From Marsupella aquatica (taxonomy: Eukaryota; Plantae; Marchantiophyta): 64,000 nt of DNA. Numbering within the stretch: the stretch's first letter is position 1; each line of letters opens with the position of its first letter. Below, one piece after another: positions 13,780 through 27,459 of the stretch. Both the position numbers and the translations under genes were made by a program. The notes below the pieces were generated by a model, which did no database searches, had not been told where the DNA came from, and was given only the letters and a program-made list of their open reading frames with translations. The DNA lies in the NCBI GenBank assembly GCA_973895155.1, contig OZ316891.1, forward strand, positions 20,036,069 to 20,100,068. Direction: 5' to 3'.

Positions 13780-14520
13780 TCATGATGAAACAACATTTGT
13801 GACAAGTTGGATCCTTCATCCAAGAACTGTATTTTTCTTGGGTACGAGATCAATGTGAAGGCCTACAGGCTATGAGATCCTGTTGCTTGTAAATTGCTTG
13901 TCAATAGAGATGTCTCCTTCAATCCATAGATTATAGAAGAAGGGAATAATACTCAGGTCTCCCATATTGACATAGGAAAATCTCTCATCCTAGATCTTAT
14001 TTAAGGAGGAGATTGATTATGAAATGCATGATCTGAGAAAAGAATGGGCTCCAAGCATGGAGCTAGTTCCTAAGCCAGAGTAACAAGAGGAGTATACTGA
14101 TGCTAGTGAGCAACAAGTGATTATTTGTAGATTGTTGAAATCCTTGACTATATAGGTTAAAGTGATCACCGAGATAGTGAAATGAGCAGTTTGATAATTC
14201 AATCCGTGCACAATGTTTTCACAATAGTGTGTATGTGAAACCGGTGAAAAATTATGTCTTGGGTTCATTGTTTTAGTGTTTTATTATGTGGATGACATGT
14301 TTATTGTGGCCAATGATAGATTTGAGATTGCTAAACTCAAGACACTGTTTAGTGTAGTTTAAGATAAAAGACTTAGGGCCAACTACGAGGATTTTGAGTA
14401 TGAAGGTCACTAGCGACTTGGAGGTTCATAAACTATGGTTGACGCAGGGCAATTCTACGAGGAAAGTAATTGTCAGGTTCCCAATTTTTCAACATGGGGG
14501 ATAGCAAGTCAATAAATTAG
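13780..14520 (+). mobile_element. Degenerate Ty1/Copia pol fragment (integrase C-terminus and RT with YVDDM)
   Basis: KLDPSSKNCIFLGY...KAYRL*DPVACKLLVNRDVSFN, followed by LYYVDDMFIVANDRFEIAKLK and KDLG. Confidence 0.85.
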
Positions 14521-14866
14521 TATGTGCTACATTTACTCTTAGGTCTAGGGTTATGACTGTAACCGTAGTTAGGGCTGACCCTAGTCACGGACTAGGTTAG
14601 GCTAACTAGGTTGCACACTATATCCCAAACAATTTTTGATTAGATAGAGGGAACTCAGGCTCATTGTTGCGGAGCTAGTTGAGAGATAGAGAGATTTTGT
14701 GTTGCAGAGACTTGATATGCAGTAAAGCTCTCGTGTGTTCCCATGGGCGTAGGGAACTCAGGCTCATTGTTACGGAAGTAATTGAGATATAGGAAGATCT
14801 TGTATTGCGGAGACTCGGCATGACTTGATGTGTGTTGATGCTTGTCGTTGATGTGTGTTAGATGCT

Positions 14867-16991
14867 TGTGACAGGGCCGCAAACCCGATAGTAACTTAGT
14901 GATGACTTATAATTGCATATATAACTAGAAAGACAAGTAGGTGTAGTAAAAGTGTTTAGATTTTCAAATTTTCAAAATTTTTTAATTTTTGTTAGTTCTA
15001 ATAAATGGATGTGACAACCGGAGCCCGCGATCCGTGGGGCGCGAGACGGAGGGTCGCCCCGCGAGTAGGCAGAGCCCCGAAAGGGTCTGCCGGGGCGTAA
15101 GCGAGGGGCAGCCGGGGAGGAGGAGCCCGTGAGCCGTGGGGCGCGAGACGGAGGGTCACCCCGCGAGTAGGCGGAGCCCCGAAAGGGTCTGCCAGGGAGG
15201 AGGAGCCCGCGAGCCGTGGGGCGCGAGACGGAGGGCCGCCCCGCGAGTAGGCGGAGCCCCGAAAGGGTCTGCCGGGGAGGAGGAGCCCGCGAGCCGTGGG
15301 GCGCGAGACGGAGGGCCGCCCCGCGAGTAGGTGGAGCCCCGAAAGGGTCTGCCGGGGCGTAAACGAGGTGGCAGCCGCATGGAAGTTGACTCTGGATCAA
15401 CCGGAGTTTAGTGCGGCACGCGTTCGGAGATACAAGGCTGCTTACCGTGACTACATTGAGACATTGATTGCAAGAGCTTAGAGAAGAAGCTCAGGGAGGT
15501 ACGTAAATCGTTACGAGAAGCTCAGGTCAACACGGGGATGCCACCCTGATCTGTCACCCCTGAGACTCCCATGGCCACCGGGCAGGTTTTACCGTTGGAG
15601 TTGCGGTCCGGTGAAGAGGCGGCCTTATGGAAGGACACCATTGGTGAGGGGTACATTAAGGCGTGGCAAGGCGTGGCAAGCCTTGGCCAATTTGAGGAAG
15701 CAGGGGAGCACTAGCACAAGGAGTACCCCGGTGAAGAAGAAGAGGAGTGAAGTGGCACTCACTCCAGTGGAGAGTGATGAGGAGGCCCACTCACGGGGCT
15801 CAAGTCAGGGCACCGTGAGTGAAGAGGAGGAGGATTAGAGTGGTCGTACGGACGTGGTTGTACGGCCCCTTGACTTTTCAACTTTTTTTTGAGGGGTCAC
15901 TCACGGGCTTGTTGGAAAGAGCTTGCAGAGCTGATTCCAACAAGAGGCGGCGCTCCTCAAACGGAGCCAGGATGAGCAGGTTAGGGCCCGACGAAGTTGA
16001 GTTTATGGGATACTGAAACGACCATAACTTGGTCGTCCGATGTCCGTTTCAAGAGCGGTTGAGTGATTCATGATCAGTGGGAGCAGGGCTACCCAGGGGT
16101 GAGCTCAGAGGTGAAATCAGAGTGACACCTAGTTTCGGCAATTGTGGGATCCCTTGCATTTTCACGGTTCACGGAGCGACGTTGGGGCGCCGTCGAAGGC
16201 ACCGTCGGCCCCATTTTTAGTTTAGGGTTTTAGGAGCATGTGTGTGCCGCATGCTTTAGGATTAGGGATTCCTTGTGGAAGGTTTTAGCGGCGCCGCTAG
16301 GGTAGCCGCCACCTTTGTGACCCCATGAGGGGGCTTTGGTGTGTTTGTTTCTAGTATTTAGGGGGAGAGCCCCGGAGTAGTGAAGGGGGAACTCAGCGTA
16401 GTGCTTTGATGCTTTTGAGTAGCTTTTGTGAGTAGCGCACCGTTTAGGTGAAGTTCAAGCCAGAGTAGTGAGGTGGAGAACGTAGCACTTGTCCCAGGGA
16501 GGCAGGAGTTGGGCAGACGGCAGGAGGCCGGGTTGCCCTTGCATGTGTTACGGGAAACACCAAGAGATATGGATTTGGCTTGAGGTTCCAATATTTTGTG
16601 TGTCACTTGTTGTTGCTTGTGTTGTTTGTTTTCCTCCCCTAGTGCATGTGGTCGGTTTCGTTGTGGAAACATTTGCCCTTGTCACTAGTGTTCAAACTTT
16701 ATTGTAAACGTTTGTATGCTTGCCCATGAGAGGGGGGTGGTGACAGCACTCACCCGGTGGGCATAAGTTATAGATGGTAGGACCAGTCCCTTGGACTTGA
16801 TCAAAAACGGAGAGACCAGTCGATAGACTTGATCAAAAAGTACACTTCCGAGAGCGGAATCAAACATACTCATCCTTAGGTGTGAAAATCCTTCAAATAG
16901 CGTCCCTCCACGACCCCGTAATACGATACCAACGGTTTAAGCGAAGAAAAGTACAGTTTGCACGTATTAATCGTTGGATAGGCAAGTGACA
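14867..16991. mobile_element. Putative solo LTR (2125 bp) with 5-bp TSD ATGCT, inserted in a Copia-associated 24-bp repeat tract
   Basis: Begins TGTGACA at 14867 and ends GTGACA at 16991. ATGCT lies at 14862-14866 and 16992-16996. An internal segment 15552-16745 (TGTCACC...GGTGACA) may be a nested LTR. Confidence 0.6.
15020..15362. repeat. GC-rich 80-bp tandem repeat x4 with internal hairpins
   Basis: GAGCCGTGGGG recurs at 15131, 15211 and 15291 (variant at ~15028). Each unit contains GGCGGAGCCCC-GAAA-GGGTCTGCC. Confidence 0.95.
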
Positions 16992-17509
16992 ATGCTTGTC
17001 GTTGATGTGTGTTAGATGCTTGTTGATACTTCATGTGTGTTGATGCTTGTTGTTGTAAATTTTGTCTTTGCTCAACAATTCCTTGCTTGTCACCAACAAG
17101 GATGTACTCTAGGAGGTTTGCAATATTGAGTAATGCAACTCTCAGATGCTATAGTGGTCCATTGGGTCAATTCTGCTTAACCTTACCTGGATCATAATAC
17201 CTTCATTTTGTTTCTTCAAAAATGCTTCTTCAAAAACATTTCCGGTTCCCTTGAGCCATTGTTGTTGCCAGCGTCACAAACGGGATGTTTACAAAAACCG
17301 CAAAGATGCACATTTGTGGTCGGGGCAGAAATCTATGCCCCACAAACAAGCTTGTTTACGCAATTTGTTGTTTGGGCAAAAATCTATGATATGGCACTGC
17401 CAGGTGTCTGGAATTTTGGAAAGAACTTCTCATGGGTCCATAAATATAATATGAACTTCATGTGCACATCCCAAAATGCGAATGAAAGTATGCCTTATCA
17501 CTAGACCAT

Positions 17510-18730
17510 ACCTAGGGGTATCTAAACACTAACATATACTCTTATTTTTTCTCCCTCATGGTCTATTTATGAAATAGGGTATCTGAACACTTTAACACGC
17601 AATCTCACTTTTTCTCCCAGTGGCATTTTTATAAACAAAACAGGGTATCTTGATGAAGTAAGATATGCAAATAGTATAACTTCCAATCTTGCTTTTTGGT
17701 TTAGTTATGGAATAAGATCTCTAAAGGCTATGATATACAATCAGTGTTTTTCCCTCAAGTCTATTTATGAAATTGGGTATCTAAATAATATGAATCGGGT
17801 ATCTAAATAATATGAAATCCTATCTACAGAATATGTCTGCTGCAAGTTTTCCTTGGCCATTCAATTATGCGACACTTTTTTCCATGTCCCAATCACACAC
17901 TTTTTTCCATGTCCCAATCACACACCTTTTTACAAGTCCCAACCACTCTCATTGCTCTTGAACACTCTTCGAAATTCAGTTGAGAGCCCGCTTTCTCCCC
18001 ATCGTGCCCGGCTCCCCAAAACTTCCTGGTCAGCTCACTTTCACTCAACAACACCTTGGATTGCCTGGCCGTTCAATTATGCTGACACTTTTGCCATGTC
18101 CCAATCACTCTCTTGGCAGCTTGAACACTCTTTGAAATTCGGTTGCGAGTCAGCTTGACACTTCTTCCATTTCCCAATCACTCTCTTGGCAGCTTGAACA
18201 CTCTTTAGAGTAGTTAGACTACTCCCTGAAATGACCACCTGCCTCACTTCCACTTGATAATATTTCCACTCCAACAACAGTGTCCAATGCATTGGCATTA
18301 GGCAGTCACATTATCCCCACATTGACCACCTGCCTCACTTCCACTTCATGGACACTTTCACTCAACAATAGTGTCCAAAGCATTGGCACTAGGCTAGTCA
18401 CATAAAACTCCCCACATTGACCAATGCCTCGCTTCCACTTGGTTACTTTTTCACTCAACAAGTGTCCAATGCATTGGCATTAGGCTAGTCACATATAACT
18501 ATCCTCCTATCTGCCCCCCACATTGACCAACTGCGTCACTTCCACTTCATAACACGTTCACCACTACCTTGTCCAATTCATTGGCACTACGATAGTCACA
18601 TAACTCCCCACATTGACCACCTGCCTCACTTCCACTTCAATACACTTTCACTCAACAAGTGTCCAATGCATTGGCATTAGGCTAGTCACATATAACTATC
18701 CTCCTATCTGCCCAGCAGCCTCACTTCTGC
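17510..18730. repeat. Complex of degenerate tandem arrays (GGGTATCT motifs; TCCCAATCAC motifs; ~90-110-bp CCCACATTGACCACCTGCCTCACTTCCACTT...GTGTCCAATGCATTGGCATTAGG units x5)
   Basis: Repeated motifs read directly; the main array spans 18230-18730. Confidence 0.8.
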
Positions 18731-19457
18731 ACACAACAACCCAGTACCTCAGCTCAACAATTCTGTGTTAGGTGTTGGACTAGCAACAGGAAACTTTCAG
18801 CTGATATGAGTTGGAAATGTTCGTGGTGATACCTTTCCAGGATTTCGTGGAAACCTATCAACTCAAGCTCCTGACGATGGACGAGAACCAAACCAACTGA
18901 AATTGACCACATGTTTCACAATGGCAATTGAACACATGAAAGGAGAATGCCTAGGTTTCCGGAAGTCCAGCTTCACCCAACTTCCAAGGAAGAACTTGTA
19001 CACAGTTGCAAATTTTGTACAGATGCACCAAAAGTACCCCGCACTTCACTCTAAAACCTCAATTTTACATGAGCTTTATTTGCGAGAAATAATTCCTGGC
19101 CGTAAATTTTTGGCATCTGTTATGAGAACCTATATAAGCTGGAGTTCAGTGTCATCTCACAATTCTGGAGAGCCTTAAATGAGCTGCCTACAAGGTAACT
19201 TTTTCACAAATCAAAGCGAAGGTCTCAATGGAGACGCTCAGTGTATACATGGTAGCTTCGTAACTGAGCACACAAACTTCTTCGTTTCTTAATTGGAGCC
19301 TAGAAAGAATAACTACTTCAATAGGCATGTACATCAAATTATCCTATGCCGGTGTTGCTCCACCAAAAATCCCTCGCACTTCACCCAACAAAATTTCCTA
19401 CCATTTACAAACAATTGATTCTTAAAATGATTGATAAAATATTCACAAACTGGTTTC

Positions 19458-22251
19458 TCACAACTCTGCACAGGTGCGAGCAAGCAATGCCTCCTGCACT
19501 TCTTGCCAGTCTTTGACTCTTGTAATCAAAGGGTGCTGAGGCCCACAAGGAGTTTTGCTCCATGGATAACCTCCGTGCAAGTCAAAGAGCAACACTTCAA
19601 TGCCGCACTCCGCACAGTCTATGGCATAACGTGGATTGTCATCGATCAAGACATTGGCCCCAAGAGACCTGCGTTGCAAGTCGAGCTCGGGCAAGTTAGA
19701 GACTATTTTCCACGGAGACTGGAATACGTCTCAAAGCAAATACGCCCTGGAGGCTGGAATTTGGTATACATCTAAAATTTTGATGTGCGTAGAAGAAATG
19801 CTGCTACTTCAAGTAATGGACATAAGAGATCTACATGACTTTGATTTTATATGGCCCAATAGGGCCGAGCAACATCTTTGCATATGCTCAGAAGAAATGC
19901 TGCTACTTCAGGCAATTTGGACACAAGAGATCTGTATGACCACTATTTTAAGGGGCCTAATAGGGCTTACTGCCCAGAACAACGTCTTGATGACCGTACA
20001 GAACTGTAATTCATGTTTGGGAAAAGAAACTCACTACAACCTATTCCGAATCCAGTACGCATTGCCAGTTGCGAATTATCTCTCTTAAAACACTCATTTC
20101 TCCCTCACTCGCAGCAGGTATATCCAGTTTCGCCAATTCGGTGAATAGAAAAGTCATCATATGTAAAACTACGGACCATGACCGGCGTACTGACCTGCAT
20201 ATTTCAGACTTGCGTCTGGAAGGGCCCTCTAAGGCAAAGTGATTCCCAAAATGCACCTCCTTGAAGACTCCTGCATAATGCCGCTCTATCCACTCCAGAG
20301 TCCGATCCCTAATGATATGCTGGCGTGATCTGCAGTATCATATCCCATCTGAATGAGCATGTTCACTGAAAGTATCCGAGTAGAAATATCGGACAGAAAC
20401 AGATAGAACCATAAGCAATCCATTTTTGTGGCTACAGCTTCTGTCCGGCATCACGAACTGTGCGGGACCTTCACCGCTCAATAAAGTCGCCCATCAAGGC
20501 AAAAAGGAAAATAATGAAAACTGTGCCAGGACTCCAAAACACTCTGCTGTGTTGAAAATCACGCCCACTGATGATGATGTCCAATGAAACTTCAGATCAC
20601 TGTCCAATAGAGCCCGTATGGAATACCAGAGCTAGCAGAGTCAGGCATAACATGTCAAAAACATGCAGGGAAAGTTCTCTGTGCACATCGGTTAAGATCC
20701 ACTTACGTCACAACGACTAATTGACAATAAGATGCCATTTGGAGAAGAGTCTGATGGGCGCCGGGAATGGGACTAATTCCGTGCTTGAAGTGGTCGGAAT
20801 CGAAAAATGCGTGAACTCTGAGGTTGGCTGCAGCCGTACAACAATCCCACAACGACGACAGGTCAACCTCTGCTAAATGTAGAGAGATGCTGAACGATCA
20901 AAAAAGTTTGAAAGACGATCAAAGTCGACTCCTTCCCGATAACCGACAACAATTTTAGAAGACTAGTGACCGTTCTCAACTTTCAATTGGCCTTGCAGTC
21001 GAACACTTCTAGTTCCAACATCCGTTACCTAGAGCGCTACCTTCCCACTAATAGATGAGCCATTGCTAACATTTCGAAGCCAACTGCCATAATTAAACCA
21101 TGCAAACCGACCACTAAATAGGTGAAGATACCTTCTACTTGCGAGCAATTCCAAACCTGCACAGCAACGTAAGAGCGACCAAATCATTGCCGTCAGGAGG
21201 TCGTCAAGGAAATCTACTCGCTCGCGAATTGTCGAAAGAAATACACGGTAACAAATATTCGAATGCTAGCCTCTAAGCGTCGAATTCAGCGACGTAAGCA
21301 AGGGAGGACGTGGATTACGAAGCGCCGAGCCAAAAGTCTACCTTCATAAAATCGTAAATGTAGTACTCTGATATATCGTGACGAACCGAGTATGTTTCCT
21401 CGATGAAGCGATTCAAGCTGGCCAGGAAGCTTCCCAACACTGGACAGAGAAAACGAACCTCAGTCAGGTCAATGTCACCGTACGAATTGAAAAGCACCAA
21501 CAAATACAAGATCGATCAACTACACGCGAATATTGAAGCCAGCTTTCCCACAATCCACTTGAAATAAACTTACTTGTAGCAAAATCCAGCTAACCAACGA
21601 GAGTTTCTCACCTTCATCGACATCAACAGCAACACAGAGTTGCTTGGATGCATCGTTCGCTTTCTCAGGCAACACCAGACTTTTCTGACTAGCGATACCC
21701 AGTTCGGTCTTTTGAAAGTTGCTGGAGTGGCGCGGAAGATCCTCACACGTCAAAACCAGCGAATTGCTATTTCGTCTTGCTTTGTCCACAAGGGGCACCG
21801 CATTGCCGACGCCAGCTAGCCCTCTGCCGTGATTATTATTGTCCAGCCCTACTACTCTTGAATCCAGCCTACCCGACCCCCAGTAGCTATTATTATGATC
21901 GACGCCAGAGCACCAAATGCCTACGGGGAGGTCCTTGCCTCTTCCTTCCCTACTAACGTGCGGCAGTGGGGCGTACGCCGAATAGATGTTTCGCAAACCT
22001 AGTCTTGTTGAAAGAGCTCCAGTACTGCTGGTGTAGTGCGAGTCTGCGCCTGCCTGGAACCCGCGGGCCGAGTCCAAGGATGGAGATTTTCGACACCTCG
22101 CCAATTTCACCAATTGGCATGCCACTTGCGCGCCGGCGTTGGTTGAAGAAAAACATGAGCGTAAGGAAGGTCCATTCCCTCTGCAGGAACGCAAGCTGAA
22201 ACTGCTTTCTGCTGCGATTGTATTGATAACACAAGCTGCAGTCTGTTCCAT
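19458..22251 (-). CDS. HAD-superfamily 5'(3')-deoxyribonucleotidase (NT5C-like) with long N-terminal extension
   Basis: Exons 22251-21612, 21439-21342, 21156-21132, 20827-20707, 20329-20195 and 19668-19458, all GT-AG and in frame. Motifs VAVDVDEVL (HAD motif I), VVVTSRQ, FGNHFA, KSEIC, LIDDNPRYA, YPWSK, RVKDW. The start codon is uncertain because the frame stays open to an acceptor at 22471. Confidence 0.92.
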
Positions 22252-24993
22252 GACGCCGTCACAGAGCCCTGTAGTACCGGCACTTCTCCGCCGTGGCTCC
22301 GCCTCGATGTAACACCCGTCAGCACGACGACGCCGAAAGGACCTCGCTAGGCCCTGAATCCCTCCCCTTCGACACGCCACTGCGAACACTGGTGCTTCGA
22401 ACTCGCCTCGCCAGGCAGGTTCGCCTCCCTGGCTAGAGCTGAGGAAGTGTTGAATCGATAAATGGCCCAACCTACAGCGAAGGCTGCTTGGCTTAAATAT
22501 TTTCCGTTTCTTTTGTCTGAACGAAAGCTACTCCAGTAATTAATACTTCATGTGCGGCGAATTCTTCATTTCCCTATCAGAGCGTCGTTCCAGCCCCGAA
22601 TTTCAGAGAGAAGGGACATCTAAGCCACAGTTTCAGCACAAGCAATCCGATCATAGCTGTGATAGGAGTGGAGCTTCACGAACAAGGTCAGATCCAAGAA
22701 GCAGCGAGGACCTGGCTCCGCATGCCAAGACGACTAGTGTAGAGAGCCCAGCAAGAAAATAATCACACTGCTTTTCCCCAACAAGTTCAATGTCGAACTA
22801 AAGATGGACCACTTATGTCGTCATGACCTCGCGTTTCGACCTTCCGACCTCTCGTGGACGAAGACGAGCTCAATGCGAGCAGCCCAGAGGAAGGAAACGA
22901 GACCCTCCTGCTCAAGGAGACCATCCGCGAATTAGAAGGTATGATAAACGGTAGCACAGGCGAGAGGAACCGAAGGCCAGGCAAGGATGAGAATGGCATT
23001 GCACTCAATAACGCACAAGGAGACACAGTTGCTCCAAGCAATTCCATAATTGTCACACCGGAGGTCCCTCATTGCTATGGGTAAGCCAACATAAAATCCA
23101 ACAGAAGGTTCCAGGACGAGACACGACTCCCAATCTTCCCCAAAACCTTGACACAAGAGCTAAATCTCATCACTCCAGTGGCATCAGACCTCCATACTCA
23201 CATAGATAGCACGGACAGCAAAAACGGCAAAGCCGAGCAGATCGACCGGCGCCCCAAAAAACGGCGACAGGGCCCGCCCTCTCTTCTGAGCTCGAATTCC
23301 GCCGTGCAAGGAGGCAAATGAGGATCAACCCTCTCTACCTCGGACACCTTCCTCACCGCACTGCAGAGCTCTGCACCAGAGAGCGGTGGCTTACCAAACC
23401 CTACCAAAAGTGGTTAAGTGTCATCGGAAATATGGCGACGAGAACAACAAACAATGCAAGTATTCGATGGTCGTTCACAGCAGCGCAAACTCAACGAGGC
23501 AGAATTGTCGAATCGATCGATTCTGTCATAAATCTCTCGGAGACGCTGCACACATTGGACAACAATTGCGGCGAGAGGCGAGGAAGCACGACGAGGAGAA
23601 AAGCTATGAAGGAGGAAGCGCTCAAATCTCTCGGTGTCAAATGAAGGAAAACGAAAAGAAGAGCGGGATAAAAGGCAGCAAGTAGTCGAGCAAAGTGCTC
23701 CAAACACGACATCACTCATCTGCCAATCTGCAAACAAGTCATTTCCCGTCTCGTCGGAGTACGCTCAACTTCGCCGGTCCGCGTGCTTTACTTACCGGCG
23801 ACCGGGAAGACTAGCCACAAACAAGGGAACTCACTGACGACGTTGCTCTAGACACGATAAAGTCTGTCTAGTGATATCGGCAAACAGGTTCACGGTCTCC
23901 ATTCCATTACAGTGTCTTTCCCTTACGTTACAAGTCGGAAGGCCCTTCCTCCAAACACGACTATGCCCGTCTGCGGCTACTGCAAACAAGAAAATACAGT
24001 ATTAATGTTGGGTCCGTGTTTCGCTTTACAGTGTCCCGCAGTACCGCCGTTTACATCCCCCGGCACCGGGAAAACGTGACCGGTCGAGTAATCTGAAACC
24101 TGAAACAGGTTTTCCACGAGGTCACTTGTCTCGACTCCTTTTCGTCCCGTCCTTTGATTTCCCGTCACCGGGAAGGATCGTTCTCGGCCCGGCGGGCAGA
24201 TATCATTTTGTCGCTAGCGCAGTTTGGCACTCGTGGTTTTGTATGTTATTTTTTATTCGAACAGGCAGGACAAAGATACCGGGCAGGACACCTCGACAGG
24301 CAGGCGTCGGCAAGCGAGCGCGACGGTGCGGATCCGTCCAATCGGATTGAGGGCAAGTGAGTGTCATTGGTGTTCCCTCACGTTTCGGTTGTACCCTCAC
24401 ATCTCCTCGTCATGAATTAATAATGGGTGTACTTCTTCGTAGGCATTAAACTTCTTCGTAGGCATTAATTTAACTTTATTTATTATCCACTGTATGTATT
24501 GTACGGTAGCCAAAGAATAGTAAACGATAGAAAATTTGACTAGACAAAATTTTGAGGTGTATGTCCTCGATGGACGAAAACTTTTGAGGGGTATGCTTGG
24601 AACCTGGCTGGAAAACTTGGTGTGATGGCCCATGAAGCTTTCTTTATAAAGTAGAGCCCCTTTCCAGATTCAGTGCAATCGGTTCTTGTGTGATGCTTAA
24701 TTGTGATATCCACCCTGAATATCATGTCATAGTCCACTGTGCTCCATCCCAAGGCTACTTTGGAAAACATTTTACAATCCTTACTTGAAAATATTCTGTT
24801 TTGGTATACATTGTTACTAGAGGGAAAATTGAAGTTTGAAGAAATCATTTATGGCATGCACAATTTCTAACTAATCATTAGTAATCAAAAGCTACACTTC
24901 TAGAGGCTAAGGTCTCTAGAGAATGACTCAAGGTGGCTACGAATTTCAGGGTGAGGCAACAGGCAAGGAGGCAACCGCATACGATAGCAAAGT

Positions 24994-25157
24994 TCAGGCT
25001 AATGTTTTTTAAACAATCAGAATGTGGCAGCATGTTCTTGGGCTTCTTGCTAGGCTGTGCTTGTTCACTTTTCAGTCAGGCTAGTGTTTTTAAAAACAAT
25101 CAGTGATAGCATGTTCTTAGGCTTATTGCTAGGCGGTGCTGATTCACTTTTCAGTCA
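24994..25157. repeat. Imperfect ~82-bp tandem duplication
   Basis: CAGGCTA.TGTTTTT.AAACAATCAG...GCATGTTCTT.GGCTT.TTGCTAGGC.GTGCT..TTCACTTTTCAGTCA occurs twice. Confidence 0.75.
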
Positions 25158-25919
25158 TTCTCAGTACATTTCATAATTGCTTTCTGAGGACATTGGTTCC
25201 AGTGGAATTGTTTTTGTGAGTTTTGCTACTGAGCCTTGCCTCATGTCAGAGTATCCTCACAGATTGAGGCTTAGCAGGCTGCCATCTGGTGCTGTCTGGC
25301 AGGGTGAAGCATCCCTCTGTCATCTTGTGTAGGGAGATGTTGTGCAGGGCTTGCATCACTGCCCTTTTTGGGGCTGCAAAATGGACTTAACTGTTGTGAA
25401 AGCTTGTGCATTCCTTGGGGTGCATTGACAGCAAACATTGGAGCGTGAACCCAGTGAAAGAATATTTCTTTGTTTTTTCTCTTTTTTTGAGAGGAAATTT
25501 GTGAAACCCCCAAAAAAGGGAACAGTCAGTTACAACAGTTAAACCCAAGGCCTATTAATAGGTCTCCACTCAAGTGAACACCACACAACCATGCCTCTCT
25601 GGCAGTGAGAAAATATTTCTGGACGAACCCAAATTCAAACATGTGGTGTTCTATGGGCATAGATTGGTTTTGCCCTGCAAGGGGAAACTGTTTTGCTACA
25701 CTAATATGTGGTTGAATTCCAGGTCTGGATTTGACATTTGAACTTTATTTTCACCTGCTTGTTGAACTGAGATTTGGTTATAGTAAGGTCATATTTTTGT
25801 GTAGTACTAGCTCATAACCAGTGCCTTCTGCATATGCACAATAGTTGTTCTCTATTCTTCAATTGAGCTAAACATACAGCATGTAGAACGACAAAGCAAA
25901 AGGTAGCCACTGCGTTGTG

Positions 25920-26420
25920 CCCTCTAGGAATAATTAATCATCCAAAAACTCCTTTCCAGGCAAAAAAGTAACGCACCAATAAACAGCATGCAAAAAATTT
26001 GGTCAGTCAAGAATGTAAGAGTTCTGGGTACAATCCATGCATTCTTATAAAACAATGGAACCATAAAGTAAAGTGAAGTGGTGGGGCACGACATGAATGG
26101 CTCGTGTGAATCATGGCGATCTTTTCTTAATCTGTGACTGGTCAATCAATTGTCTATAGCATCGAAACAAACTGCTTCAAAAAATCACCTCCACCATGAG
26201 ACAAAAGGGAGGAATAAAATATTAGGTGGGCCTTCTTCCCAAAAATCATGAATCATGTGTGTGCTGGATGGATTGCACACCGCAAAGAGATATGTTGAGC
26301 AGGGTAATCTTTCAGCTGTTTTGTTCTTTTGCCAGGGTGGCGAATGTCTTTTGGTGTGAAGAGGAAGATGCTCAGCATATTCATTATCTAATTTTCCTAG
26401 ATTAATTTGTGACACTAGAT
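25920..26420 (-). mobile_element. Degenerate LINE 3' (zf-RVT-like) fragment
   Basis: HDSHEPFMSCP (~ESxxHLFxxCP) followed by LFCLERSF (~IWxERN). Confidence 0.4.
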
Positions 26421-26879
26421 CTCCCTAGACTTAGATTCTGGCTCCTGGGGTCTGTGGCTAGATGAGAAGGAGGCTAATCCAAGACAAAAAGAGTGGCAAA
26501 AACAGCTGATCATAAGTACACTATTGAGTTGCTTGGTCTCCCAGCCCCTTTTTGTTATGAAGCACGAAGGATTAAAATAACTAATAAGCGGTGGAGCAGC
26601 ACCCTTATTAGGAGAAAGAGAAAAGAGAGAGCCCCACAGGTGGCCCAGTAGTTTTGTCTTTATTTATTTGCTTCAATTTTATTTACGTTAGGCTAGGAGT
26701 TGATGATGTGAGCATGATGTCCACTTCGTTCTCAAGCATCCAAAGATAAATTGGCAGTTATCTTGATGACCAATGCATCCAACACCATTCCCCACAAGCT
26801 CATGTTTAAAAAGCTTTTGAGATGCAAGTGGGGGAAGATTGTATTTTTTCTTTCCTCTTATGCACTTTTTCTGTGGGAC

Positions 26880-27050
26880 CGGCTTTGTTGTTCTACCCTG
26901 CTCATCCAAGCCCTGGGTGTTGCATGACCATTTTGTCCAAAGTGGCACTAGTCAAGGAGATCCTACTGGTGGTATTGTTTGCCATGTTACATGTTTATCC
27001 CGGTCTCGTCAGTTGCCTTTTTAGGATTCATGTTTCCCTCCATTGCAGAT
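26880..27050 (+). mobile_element. Degenerate LINE reverse transcriptase fragment
   Basis: FVQSGTSQGDP followed after a frameshift by LFAML, resembling GxRQGDPLSPxLF. Confidence 0.45.
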
Positions 27051-27459
27051 GGAACCCACATCATGGCGCTGACCTTGGTTTCCATTTATTTATTGGGTCT
27101 CTTTCCTTTGGGATCATGTCTCCTCTGGTTTGACACTTCTGTTCTTTGAAAGTGTGCTATATAAGGTTGTAAACATCCTCTTTCTTCAGTAAGTTTTAGG
27201 GGAAATTACAATATTGTACCCCTTCAAAATTTATAAACTGCTAAATATCCTCTACTTCCAAAAGTCCCCAAAATACCCTCTCTCCCTGGTCTTAGCTGTG
27301 TACATTCTCGTTGTGCGTCAAAGGTCTTGGTCAGAGTCGTGCACTTTCACTTTGTCCCTCAAGTCTTACTGTAGTTGTGTACTCCCTCGTTGTACTTTAA
27401 ACTTACAGTAGTTGGCAGCCAGTAGTTGGGTTCATTGACAACGTAAGTGTACTTGTTAT

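Noticed and set aside
22854-23084. Protein-like acidic ORF on the + strand
   Set aside because: Non-ATG start, antisense to a CT-rich leader/intron of the nucleotidase gene, and no supporting exon structure.
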